Assembly: GCA_043228905.1 (NCBI GenBank)
Contig: JBHGNT010000014.1
Coordinates: forward strand, 9,238,001-9,302,000
Direction of reading: 5' to 3'
Origin: Azolla caroliniana
Lineage: Eukaryota > Plantae > Polypodiophyta
DNA: 64,000 nucleotides
Below, in pieces: positions 1-10,375 of this stretch. Positions within the stretch are counted from its first letter, which is position 1. Every line of letters begins with the position of its first letter. A program made the translations under genes and the position numbers. The notes under the pieces are model-generated. The model had not been told where the DNA came from, ran no database searches, and worked only from the letters and a program-made list of their open reading frames with translations.

Positions 1-1692
1 CTTTTGGCTGACCTCATTGGATAGTTGAGATTTTGTCTCCTCGTTGAAGAGAAGCTTTTTTCCTCTCTTCATGTTCTTAGGAACTGTTAGGGTCTTGGTC
101 TCATTTGGAGAGCCCTGTATCCGGAGCTTTTTTTTTCTTCACAGGTCGGTCCGACAAGTTCTCAAACGACCTATTTAAGAAAGGACATGCGAAAACATAA
201 GTTAGGTGGTCACGTAGATTAAGGTTGTATATTAAAATATACATCATTAGACGAAGACTAAAACTAGCAGGCGATTTGTGGTAAACTATAAATATCAATC
301 ATGTACTGAGTGAACATGATAGTCCTTTATTCGGAAATCCATTCTAGTAAGGGCCATTCAACTTCGAAAATTATATATCTTAATAAGTATACAAGGATAT
401 ATATATCATCTTGAAGGGTAGGTATGGCTTATATTGATTCCATATCCTTATTGTAGAGAATTTGCATATGACAGACTTAAATTTGCTATCATAAAGTTAA
501 TTCGTGGGTTATTTTCTATTATTTTAAGCTATAATAGGTCATAAAAGCTTTTTCAGTAAGGCCCCTAGTTGTTACAAAATATGGCAATTGTCACTAAAAA
601 AGTCTGATTTTGATAGAAAGTTTGGTATATTTTCACACATATACTAAATTATTCCCCCAAAGACACAATATTCCTGTTTAAATTTTGTGTTTTATATAGT
701 AACTCGATACGCCATATCGAGTTCCTGTATAAAGTTAGTGTTTATACAGGAACTCAATACAGGGTATTGAGTTACACATACTTTACACAGGAACTTGATA
801 CGACGTATCGAGTTCCTGTGCAAAACGGTGTATCAAGTTCCGTTATAAAACACGTACTTTACATAGGAACTCGATACGGCGTATCGAGTTACTGTATAAA
901 ACAAAAACTTTTTATAGGAACTCGATACGCCGTGGTATATTTTCACACATACTAAATTATTCCCCCAAAGACACAATATTCCTGTTTAAATTTTGTGTTT
1001 TATATAGTAACTCGATACGACGTATCGAGTTCCTGTATAAAGTTAGTGTTTTTACAGGAACTCGATATAGGGTATCGAGTTACACATACTTTACATAGGA
1101 ACTTGATATGACGTATCGAGTTCCTGTGCAAAACGGCGTATCGAGTTCCGTTATAAAACACATACTTTACATAGGAACTCGATACGGCGTATCGAGTTAC
1201 TATATAAAACAAAAACTTTTTATAGGAACTCGATACGGCGTTTCGAGTTCTTGTATGAAACAAGAACTTTATACAAGAACTCGATACGCCGTATCGAGTT
1301 CTTGTATGAAACACAGACTTTATACAGGAACTCCATACGCCGTATCGAGTTCCTTTATAAAACACGGACTTTATACAGGAACTCGATATGGCGTATCGAG
1401 TTCCTGTTGAAAACGCAAACTTTATACAAGAACTCAATATGGCGTATCGAGTTCCTGTTTAAAACAAAAATTTTAAATAGGAACTCGATACGCCGTATCA
1501 AGTTCCTGTTGAAAATGCAAACTTTATACAAGAACTCGATACGGCGTATCGAGTTCCTATTTAAATCAGAAACTTTAAATAGGAACTCGCTACGCCGTAT
1601 CCAGTTCTTGAGTGCTAAAACATATTTACAAAAATGTCCAAAGTGTCAGACGCTTACCTGGAGTCTTGGCACTCGATTTTCTTTGAAGACAT
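1..1692 (-). pseudogene. Putative spliced gene divergent from the transposase: exon 1 CDS 1692-1658 (MSSKKIECQDS), intron 1657-171, exon 2 from 170 running off the window
   Basis: Minus-strand TATAAATA at 1834-1827; ccaccATG at 1692; CAG|GTAAGC donor; cctttcttaaatAG acceptor at 172-171. The splice is phase-compatible (AG|G TCG: RSFENLSDRPVKKKK). Removing one A from an A9 run gives KKKKLRIQGSPNETKTLTVPKNMKRGKKLLFNEETKSQLSNEVSQK, open to base 1; as sequenced the frame stops at 101. Confidence 0.5.
695..1612. repeat. Tandem array of ~19 palindromic units (core GAACTCGATACG-N-CGTATCGAGTTC), ~51-bp period
   Basis: Cores at about 1175, 1226, 1277, 1328, 1379, 1430, 1481, 1532 and 1583 (51-bp steps). 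More irregular units at 700-1150. A higher-order ~310-bp duplication is present (623-932 vs 933-~1240). Confidence 0.95.
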
Positions 1693-1826
1693 GGTGGACG
1701 TTGTTGATGCTTAGGGGGAGATCTCAATTTGGTGCTTGGTGCTTTGTGTGCTTTGTTTGCTCTGTGTGCTCTTGTGCTTTGTTCTGCTAGTGTGCTTCAT
1801 GTGATTGAAATATGAGGAGGTCTTCC

Positions 1827-2255
1827 TATTTATAGGGATTGACCACAGTGGTTAAAGTAACCACAGTCACTTTAACCAAGGTTGGCAACCTTAATGTTAG
1901 TTAGTTAGTAACCACAATCACTTTAACCAAAGTTACTTTATTTAGTACCTAATCTTGAGTGTACCAATCACTCTCTTTCATGGATTTGAAATAAATGATG
2001 CTTATGAATGCATCAATGATTAAATAGTCAAACTAACATAATAATGATTATTTTATAGTCAAACTAACATACAATGACTTTGAAGGTCATGAAGGAAGCA
2101 ATGATAGTGGTTCATGAATGAACCAATGATTGAATACTCAAAGCAACATTTTTATGACTCTTAATTGCTTTATAGTAAAGATGTGGCCATGAATGAACCA
2201 ATGATTGAAAAGTCTTATATTCAAAATGGTGGGCATGAATGAACCAATGATTGAG
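1827..2255. promoter_or_regulatory. Putative bidirectional promoter between the minus-strand gene and the transposase
   Basis: Minus-strand TATA box at 1827-1834. Duplicated gtaaccaca(g/a)tcactttaaccaa and tagtcaaactaacata motifs. Three copies of catgaatgaaCCAATgattga (~2113, 2188, 2235). Confidence 0.4.
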
Positions 2256-3014
2256 AAGTTCTATATTAGTCACAACAAAGAATTGGATAGTAACAAGGTT
2301 ACACCAACTTCTATGCAAGAAGAGAAATTTGGAAGCCCTATGCATATTAGAAGAATCCCACGAAGAATTCGTCTGGCTAGATTTAACTTGGTGACATCAG
2401 ATAAGCAGATTGGATTTGATGTCAAAAAAATATGTTGTGCCTGTGGTTCTATGTCTATGATTGGAAAATCAAAGTTGCGAGAATTAAGGCCATACTATTT
2501 TTCGATGACTGGTGATTAGCAAGACACTTACCTCAGGTCACATATGCAACTAGTGTCTGACAAATGTACGGGGATCAAAGTATTATTCGAGTATTATATC
2601 TTCCATGCGCAACAGATATGTAGAGTTGCATTCAAAATTGTGTTATGTGTTAGTAACATGCGGCTACATAGAGTACAACAATGTCTACTTAGCGGGGATC
2701 AGATGCTCAATTGTAAAGAGGTTCCAAGTATGAAAGGTGCAATTGGAAGATATGCTATTGGTTGGATGAAAAATTACTTTCAGTTAAATTGTGAAGTAAT
2801 GCTCACTACAGCTAGGATGCAACTCTCTGATAATTACACACGTCGGGAAGTTTATGATGTCTATCGATCTGATATGGTGGGCTCACGTAATAAGTCTGTC
2901 ACATGTAGCCAATTCACAAGATTATGGAGAGCTCATTCCACATAAAGTACGCATGGGGTATTGCTCCATTTGTGCAAATCTTAAAAGTCTGGCTAAAGGT
3001 GCAAAGACATCAAT
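2205..3014 (+). pseudogene. Sola-like transposase, N-terminal part (Cys-rich region, CxxAF, CSIC), with a stop and a frameshift
   Basis: ORFs 2205-2519, 2544-2945 and 2854-3014 join into one protein (ICCAC, ICRVAF, FTRLW, GYCSIC). It is cut at 3014 by a Gypsy insertion whose TSD TCAAT is repeated at 8770. Confidence 0.65.
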
Positions 3015-3143
3015 TGTCAGGAACTCTATTAAGGCAGAGAAGGAATTAGTACTAAAAGAAGGATTAGTACTATTGTTGGGGAATAGTACTAAGACAGAGA
3101 AGGATTAGTACTATGAGAGGTGTCGAACTTTGAGAGAAGGAAT

Positions 3144-3185
<42 letters not shown>

Positions 3186-3475
3186 TGATGCGAAAGATAT
3201 ATGTATTATATGACGGAAGATATACAACAGTAGTTAGAAGGCTTAAGACTGGCGTTGAACCGATTTGGTTCGAACTAATGCCTTGCGCCTCCTTTTATAG
3301 TGTCTTCAGGAATACTCCTGAAGTTTCTAGAATGTTCCAGAGAAATCTGGAATATACATCAATTTCCCAATAAAACCTAAATGAAAATAATATCCTTCAA
3401 ATTACAATTCATACCCTAATGGTAAAGTCTCGACCTGTGTAACAAAAGGTTATGGGTTCGAGTCTAGTTATGACA
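3015..3475 (-). repeat. 3' LTR of the Tcn1-like element (461 bp)
   Basis: Direct repeat of 8311-8769, with TG...CA ends. Confidence 0.97.
3405..3470 (+). promoter_or_regulatory. tRNA-like Pol III A/B-box module in U3 (second copy at ~8699-8764)
   Basis: TACCCTAATGG (3412) ... AAGGT tatg GGTTCGAGTC (3455); 45 nt from the A-box T to the B-box T. Confidence 0.6.
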
Positions 3476-6400
3476 CTATCCCCCCTTTAAAACGACGAGT
3501 TTCACGAGTCGTTTTGGATTGAGGACCCGGTTTCTCGGGATATCGTCGATGGAAGTCTTCTAGAAGAGCACGAGCATTGGTCACATTCTCGATCGGTTCC
3601 CAAGTACGCTCGCTGGGACTATATCCTAGCCAATCGACTAGATAGTAGAGCTTGTTGCGAACAATCTTGGAATCGAGGATGGCAGCGACCTCATACTCAG
3701 GTCCATCTTCGAGCTCGATAGGAGGTGGAGGTTGTATAGTACGTCCTGGGATAGTGCTCTCGTGATAGGGTTCGAGGAGAGAACTATGAAACACCGGGTG
3801 TATCCGAAGTTGCGGAGGTAGCTCGAGACGAAAAGCGACATCATTAATCTTCCCGATAATACGGAAAGGACCTAATCGCCGATAATCCAACTTCTCACAT
3901 GGGCGAGTAGTCTTGATGTGTCGTCGTAGCAGCCACACCCGATCTCCAATGTTAAAACTGGATGGAAGTCGATGACGATCTGCGTAGTCCTTGTGTGATT
4001 GTTGAGCTTGCTGGAGTTGAGTAGATAAATCCGCTTGTATCTTGCGTAACCGCTCCAAACGATCCTCCGCGCAAGGATTTGTGGACACTTCTGGGGTTTC
4101 AAGGACACACCACCGGGGATGATATCCTGTATAAGCGTAGAATGGCGTGACTTTAGTCGATGCGTGGATAGCGTTATTATAGGCAAATTCGGCGAACTGA
4201 AGAATATCTGCCCAGTCATTCTGATGATAGTTGAGAAAGCACCGCAGATACTGCTCCAGTGTTTGATTTGTTCGTTCGGCTTGACCGTCGGTTTGTGGGT
4301 GGTAGCCGGAGGAGAGGTTACAAGTGACCTTCAGCATTTTAAAAAGGTGCTTCCAGAATTTTGACACAAACTGGGGTCCACGATCGCTGATGATATTATC
4401 AGGGAGTCCATGATGCCGACATACTTCCCGCATGACAATTTCGGCGGTGTCTTCACTAGATATTTCTTTAGTACATGGTAAGAAATGAGCCATCTTCGTA
4501 TATCGATCCACCACTGTGAGAATCGCACTGAATCCCTTAGAGACTGGAAGATCTGTAATGAAGTCAAGAGCAATGGATTGCCATGGCTTGCTTGGAATTG
4601 GTAATGGTTCTAATAAACCATATGGATGATGTCTTGGTATTTTCGCTCTGCAGCATGTATCGCAAGTCCGAACAAAATCTTCGACAAATTGTCGCATATG
4701 GGGCCACCAGAATGATCGTTGTACTAAATCTAATGTTTTAGTACTACCAAAATGTCCTGCTGTATATGTGTCATGGCAGTTTTGTACTACTCGAAGGCGG
4801 CAAGAACCATTAGGAACATACAAAAGTTCTTTAAAGAAGAGTAATCCATCACAGTATTTGAATTGCCGATAATCCGTACCTGGTGATTGTGATTGTGAAC
4901 ATGACGCTCGAGAGGGGTCAATTTGTGCTAGTATAGCTTGGGCGAAAGCGTCAGTCTTCAAGTCCTCACGTATAGTATTGGTAATGTCGGAATCCACGGG
5001 CATGTCAAAGACCTGTGCTGCTTGCAGTCGTGCTGGACCCAAGATTACTTGCTTCTGGTTATCGAAAGCTGGCTCACCGGGACGTGGTGTTAGATACGAA
5101 CGCCGTGATAATGCATCTGCCTTCCCTTGGTGCTTCCCCGGACGATATGTAATTTTGAAGTCGAAGCGTGTGAGGAAGTGGGCCCACCGAGCTTGACGTC
5201 GATTCAGTACACGAGCATCTTGAAAGTAGGCAAGGTTCTTGTGGTCACTGAATACAGTGACCTGATGAGGAGATCCCTCCAGGAAATGCCTCCATTGCAT
5301 AAAAGAATCAACTATTGCTAATAGCTCTTTATCATGAATTTCGTAGTTGATTTCGGCGGCGTCAAACTTACGGGAGTGGAAAGCCACAGGATGTAGCTTC
5401 TCGTCGTTACCCTGTTGTGACAGAATGCTCCCCAATGCGAAATCCGATGCATCAGCTTCGATAATGAATGGTTTTTCCGGATCCACATGACCTAAAATTG
5501 GAGCTGATGTAAACGCCTTCTTAAGACTCTCGAAAGCCATGTCCGTCTCTTTAGACCAAATGAATGATTGTCCCTTCCTGGTGAGCTGTGTGAGAGGCAG
5601 CACAATTTTTGAGTAATTTTGTATGAACTTCCGGTAGAAATTTGCAAAGCCTAGGAAGCATTGCACATCCCGCACCGAACGCGGAGTGTGCCATTCTATC
5701 ACCGTTTTGACCTTGGCTGGGTCCATAGATATGCCTTCTGAGGAGATGACATAGCCGAGAAACTCCACTTGGTTGCACCCGAAACTACATTTCTCTAACT
5801 TTGCATACAGACCATGTTCTCGAAGTCGTTTTAGTACTAATAGTACATGAGAATCATGTTCTTCTTGGGTCTTTGAATAAACCAGTAGATCATCCAAATA
5901 GATGATCAAAAAATCATCCAAGAGATCTCGAAATATATCATTCGCCATGTGCTGGAAGACTGCCGGCGCATTAGTGAGTCCGAACGGCATGACCGTATAC
6001 TCGAAGTGCCCATATCTGGTGCGAAACGCGGTCTTCCATTCATCTCCTGGTCGGATCCGTACGAGGTTATAGGCTCCTCGTAAGTCTATCTTCGTGAAGA
6101 ACCTGGCACCGTTGATCCGTTCTAAAAGACTTGAGATAAGGGGAAGAGCATACCTATTTCTTACTGTGACCTTATTCAAGCCACGGTAATCTACAACGAG
6201 TCGAAGCGAGCCATCTTTTTTCTTGACGAAGAAAATGGGTGCGCCGGCTGGAGATTTCGAATGCCGAATGAAACCGTTCTCCAAATTCTCCTCTATATAG
6301 GCTCGAAGGACTTCTAGCTCGGTTGGTGACAAATTGTAGATCGGCCCCCATGGCGGCTCTTTTCCCGGTTGTAAGTCGATGGCGCAGTCGTACGGCCGAT

Positions 6401-7064
6401 GATGAGGAAGTGTGTTGGCTTGTACTTTATCGAACACATCAGCATACTGACGATACTTCTCGGGAAGTTGAACGGTGGACTCCTCTTTGGTGGTGCTGGA
6501 GGGTTGTACTGATATTGCAAAGAGAAACATTTCCTCCTTGCGCCCTTCCTCACGCAACTGACGTAGCGAAATGGTTGCAACCTTCTGGGTAGATCCTTGG
6601 GTTTGTCGCAACCGGATTTCCCTTGTCCTCCAATCTATGTCTGGGTCATGTAACTCGAACCATGGTAATCCTAAAACTATGGGATGTTCTGGAATACTAA
6701 TAATATTAAATGATACTACACATGTTAAGTTATCTAGGACAATATTAACGGGTTCCGACTCTTCTATGATATTACCAGAAGCAATGGGACGACCATCAAT
6801 GACTACTACTGAGGCTGGACATGGGAGCTTTCTGAGAGATATCTGATGAGCTCGGGCAAAATTCCTATCCATGAAGCAAGAATTAGCTCCGGAATCTAGA
6901 AGGGCTAAGGTATGTACTGGAGGGGTACTTTTAGTACTAACTGCTACTTGGGCTACGAACACATCACTAACTTGCTTAGAGGGAATGGAACCACTAATGG
7001 GCTGCACAGATCTAGGGCTGTCCAACCAAACGGCTCCTATTTTGGCTGGACTTAGTCGTTTAAC
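3468..7064 (-). CDS. pol: Pol: protease (LLDSGA), RT (YLDD), RNase H (ADASD), integrase (HHCC, DDE, GPF) and group I chromodomain
   Basis: 1185-aa ORF 3468-7025, open further upstream in the -1 frame relative to gag. Chromodomain YEVAAILDSK...YYLVDWLGY...TWEP. Confidence 0.97.
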   Translation of the reverse strand, partial: VKRLSPAKIGAVWLDSPRSVQPISGSIPSKQVSDVFVAQVAVSTKSTPPVHTLALLDSGANSCFMDRNFARAHQISLRKLPCPASVVVIDGRPIASGNIIEESEPVNIVLDNLTCVVSFNIISIPEHPIVLGLPWFELHDPDIDWRTREIRLRQTQGSTQKVATISLRQLREEGRKEEMFLFAISVQPSSTTKEESTVQLPEKYRQYADVFDKVQANTLPHHRPYDCAIDLQPGKEPPWGPIYNLSPTELEVLRAYIEENLENGFIRHSKSPAGAPIFFVKKKDGSLRLVVDYRGLNKVTVRNRYALPLISSLLERINGARFFTKIDLRGAYNLVRIRPGDEWKTAFRTRYGHFEYTVMPFGLTNAPAVFQHMANDIFRDLLDDFLIIYLDDLLVYSKTQEEHDSHVLLVLKRLREHGLYAKLEKCSFGCNQVEFLGYVISSEGISMDPAKVKTVIEWHTPRSVRDVQCFLGFANFYRKFIQNYSKIVLPLTQLTRKGQSFIWSKETDMAFESLKKAFTSAPILGHVDPEKPFIIEADASDFALGSILSQQGNDEKLHPVAFHSRKFDAAEINYEIHDKELLAIVDSFMQWRHFLEGSPHQVTVFSDHKNLAYFQDARVLNRRQARWAHFLTRFDFKITYRPGKHQGKADALSRRSYLTPRPGEPAFDNQKQVILGPARLQAAQVFDMPVDSDITNTIREDLKTDAFAQAILAQIDPSRASCSQSQSPGTDYRQFKYCDGLLFFKELLYVPNGSCRLRVVQNCHDTYTAGHFGSTKTLDLVQRSFWWPHMRQFVEDFVRTCDTCCRAKIPRHHPYGLLEPLPIPSKPWQSIALDFITDLPVSKGFSAILTVVDRYTKMAHFLPCTKEISSEDTAEIVMREVCRHHGLPDNIISDRGPQFVSKFWKHLFKMLKVTCNLSSGYHPQTDGQAERTNQTLEQYLRCFLNYHQNDWADILQFAEFAYNNAIHASTKVTPFYAYTGYHPRWCVLETPEVSTNPCAEDRLERLRKIQADLSTQLQQAQQSHKDYADRHRLPSSFNIGDRVWLLRRHIKTTRPCEKLDYRRLGPFRIIGKINDVAFRLELPPQLRIHPVFHSSLLEPYHESTIPGRTIQPPPPIELEDGPEYEVAAILDSKIVRNKLYYLVDWLGYSPSERTWEPIENVTNARALLEDFHRRYPEKPGPQSKTTRETRRFKGGIVS

Positions 7065-8221
7065 TCTTCTTCTAATTGGCTAAGGACATCAAATTTGTTT
7101 GCGAGATTCAGACTATTAGTACTATTAGGACTATTATGACTATGAGGATTATCAGAGATTCCTACTGAAATAGACTCGGGTTTAGTATAGTCAGAACTAA
7201 CAATGACTTGGTTTACCTGCCTTCTTGGTCTATGGGGACAGTTTATCGCGATATGCCCTGGTCCACCGCAATAAAGGCATAATCGGTTTGTTCGGCGTCG
7301 TTGCTTTTCCTCCTCCGATAGCGGCCCACGACGACGTGTAGTGTCAATTTCCATTGGAGTTGGAGTACTTACTGGAGGCGCATTATGTGACTCCCTTTGA
7401 AAAGGTTTCGCTACCACTGAGGCATAGGTAGGCTCGGATCTTGCCCTCGGCATCTGAAATTGTCGTTCCGAACGTCGCTCGAAGAGGCGGTTGTCACATC
7501 TGACCGCTCGACTGATTGCTTCTGTTAATGATTTTGGCTCTTCAGGGAAAGTCAAGAGTAAATCCTTGACATCGTTGCGTAGACCATAGCGGAACTGCTC
7601 CATCAATGCTTGATCATCCCAGGGGATATCGGCGGCGAGTAGGCGGAAATCTGCAGCATATGCGGAGGCTGGACGGTCACCTTGGCGTAATCGCCGGATT
7701 TTGTTGATTGCAGTCCTTATGCTGTCAGTATCTCCAAAACATGCTTTAAACTCACTTATGAATTCTTCAAAATTATTTAGTACTGGAGATTCCTTTTCTA
7801 GTAGCGGAGCGAACCATGCTAATGCTGAGCCATTTAACAACGTGCCTACTAAACCCACTCGTGATGCATCGGTGGGATATCGGGACGGATGCATTTGAAT
7901 AACTAACCGTACCTGGTTAAGAAACCCTCTAAACTGCGATCGCGTTCCATCGAACTTCGTGGGAAGGCCAATCTTGGGTTCTTTATGAATCCCTTGTGCT
8001 CCGTGCCCTTGTTGTTGCATTGCTACGATGGTTGCTTCGAGTTGTTGCACGCGTAACGCAAGTTCCCCATGCTGTTGTTGCGTTTGCTGCTTTTCTAAGG
8101 AAATTTGCTGAAGATCCCCCAATAAGCGTTGATTTTCTTGTTCCAAAGCATGAAACTTCTCTTTCAAACATTGAAATTCCGAGAAAACGGATTGATACTC
8201 TTCAGCGCTAACGGTGGCCAT
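7052..8221 (-). CDS. gag: Gag with a CCHC zinc knuckle
   Basis: 389-aa ORF with PTKFDG, LRQG, PMEID and [14 protein letters not shown] motifs. Confidence 0.95.
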   Translation of the reverse strand: MATVSAEEYQSVFSEFQCLKEKFHALEQENQRLLGDLQQISLEKQQTQQQHGELALRVQQLEATIVAMQQQGHGAQGIHKEPKIGLPTKFDGTRSQFRGFLNQVRLVIQMHPSRYPTDASRVGLVGTLLNGSALAWFAPLLEKESPVLNNFEEFISEFKACFGDTDSIRTAINKIRRLRQGDRPASAYAADFRLLAADIPWDDQALMEQFRYGLRNDVKDLLLTFPEEPKSLTEAISRAVRCDNRLFERRSERQFQMPRARSEPTYASVVAKPFQRESHNAPPVSTPTPMEIDTTRRRGPLSEEEKQRRRTNRLCLYCGGPGHIAINCPHRPRRQVNQVIVSSDYTKPESISVGISDNPHSHNSPNSTNSLNLANKFDVLSQLEEELND

Positions 8222-8310
8222 GGGATGAAGGAAAAGGGAAATAAGAGACTAGTAGGAAAGGAGGGAGACAGAAGGAAGAGGGAGACTAGTAGACCAAAAT
8301 CGGTTCAAAC

Positions 8311-8439
8311 TGTCAGGAACTCTATTAAGGCAGAGAAGGAATTAGTACTAAAAGAAGGATTAGTACTATTGTTGGGGAATAGTACTAAGACAGAGAAGGA
8401 TTAGTACTATGAGAGGTGTCGAACTTTGAGAGAAGGAAT

Positions 8440-8479
<40 letters not shown>

Positions 8480-8769
8480 TGATGCGAAAGATATATGTAT
8501 TATATGACGGAAGATATACAACAGTAGTTAGAAGGCTTAAGACTGGCGTTGAACCGATTTGGTTCGAACTAATGCCTTGCGCCTCCTTTTATAGTGTCTT
8601 CAGGAATACTCCTGAAGTTTCTAGAATGTTCCAGAGAAATCTGGAATATACATCAATTTCCCAATAAAACCTAAATGAAAATAATATCCTTCAAATTACA
8701 ATTCATACCCTAATGGTAAAGTCTCGACCCGTGTAACAAAAGGTTATGGGTTCGAGTCTAGTTATGACA
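8311..8769 (-). repeat. 5' LTR of the Tcn1-like element (459 bp)
   Basis: Direct repeat of 3015-3475. Minus-strand TATAAAA at 8593-8587. Confidence 0.97.
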
Positions 8770-10375
8770 TCAATGGAAATGGATATGAGTAAGAAGTTAC
8801 TACAGGAGCATCGTGAGGCACAATCGTTAGAACAGAAGAAGGCGATGAATCATAGAGAGAAGTGATTGAAGAGGCCTGAGCAATACATTTGCTTAGTGAT
8901 TGATGGCATGGACCAGAAGAAGAAGTGCTTGCCGCATATGCGGAGGCTCCCCAAAGACGTCAATGATGAGTGCCTTGTTCAAATGCACTTGGTGGGATGC
9001 TTGGCTTGTAATAGGTCAGTTGGACCTCACGTCTTCATGACATACCCCAATGTTCACAATGACCCTAACCTAACAGTTACAATGATTCACCGAGTTTTGA
9101 TGTCTTGGGGCCAACCGTTGCCCCCTGTTCTATGCATTCAATTGGACAATACTACTAGAGAGAACAAAAATTCAACTGTGTTTGGCTATCTAAGTATGTT
9201 GATCAACGAAGGATTGTTTAGAAAAGTGAAAGTCAATTTTCTTTTGGTTGGCCACACACATGATCATATAGATCAGATGTTCAGCACATTCTCTAGAGAG
9301 TTATCTCGGCATGATGCTTTCACATTACCTAAACTATTTGATGTCATTTGTGATGCATATACACTGCGCCCAAAAGTGTCACACTTGAAGGAGGTATATG
9401 ACTTTAAGAGATATATATCAGATGGGGGTGTTGGGAATGTTAAAGTGCTCGCCAAGTTAAACAATATAAGCTTCAATCATATTTTTATGATAAAGAAAAA
9501 TGAAATAAGTGGTTCTACGCTTTTGTATGCTAAACAATATTTATCTTCTACAACATGGGAACCTGAAGGTGGTTGCCAGTTACTACTTTGTATGCCGAGT
9601 ACAATTGTCAATGCAGCTAAACAAATGCCAATTGAGAACAAAGGACAATTGCATAGTGACTTGGTATCGGAACAAAAACGGTTATGGCTCCAAGCCTTAG
9701 AAGAAAAAAGAAAGCATATTGAGGCCGCCAAGAAATATGCCGCACAACAAGACACGTCATGGTGGGATGTATTTTTTAGTGATCAAAAATGAATTATAGA
9801 CAATTGTGTATTTGGTGATAATTGGAATTTGGAAACGCCATTCACATTGTCGCTACAACATGATTGTGTAAATAAAACTCTGGAGCAACCAGCAAAATTA
9901 TGCGATTAATGACAGTTTGGTCCATCCACAACAAAGACACATTTATGTGGGACCAAGGATGACGAAAGCAGCCGAACCTAGATGGCAAGACAATTTGTAA
10001 GAGCTCGCGGCGGGGATGTTGATTGCAATGCCGGCTGATGAGAACTCACATGGCCACCAATTTTGGGTTGGTAAAATTCTAGAAGTGCTAATGCATGAAA
10101 TAGAAAACACGATCAAGTCTATAAACATTCATTGGTACAACACTAGAAGTGCAAATGCTTTTACAGGTGAGTATACATTGGAGATGATTGAATGCCCGAC
10201 AACAAGGGGAGGTAGGAAGAGGAAGCGAAACATTCGTAACACCTTGACCCTTGATATCTCTGATGTGGATATCATCGTGTACGACTTCACGCTTACAAAA
10301 GCCGAACGATTAAGGAAGTCAACAATAGATATAATAAAAGAAAAATTACCAGGTCTACAAGGTGGCTTGAGTTGA
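8770..10375 (+). pseudogene. Sola-like transposase catalytic core and C-terminal region
   Basis: IDGMDQ ... QLDNTTRENKN ... FLLVGHTHDHIDQMFS gives three candidate catalytic Asp residues in a Sola1-like arrangement. In-frame stops are present. ORF 10016-10375 is probably the C-terminus of the same protein. Confidence 0.7.

Larger units (their letters stand above)
3015..8769 (-). mobile_element. Intact, very young Ty3/Gypsy chromovirus, Tcn1-like (Tf1/sushi group)
   Basis: LTRs 3015-3475 and 8311-8769 (TGTCA...TGACA) differ visibly only by one GA unit and one SNP. 5-bp TSD TCAAT (3010-3014 / 8770-8774). PPT AAAGGGGGGATAG next to 3476. Uninterrupted gag and pol with a chromodomain. Confidence 0.97.

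Noticed and set aside
695-1612. CRISPR array
   Set aside because: The linkers are only ~12-25 bp and related to each other rather than unique spacers; there are no cas genes; the context is eukaryotic.
767-1790. ORFs 767-955, 1000-1437, 1108-1410 and 1251-1790 as proteins
   Set aside because: They are by-products of a 51-bp (17-codon) palindromic repeat that is open on both strands.
3146-3373. RE-repeat ORF in the LTR (also 8476-8667)
   Set aside because: It arises from the (GA)n microsatellite on the antisense strand of the LTR.
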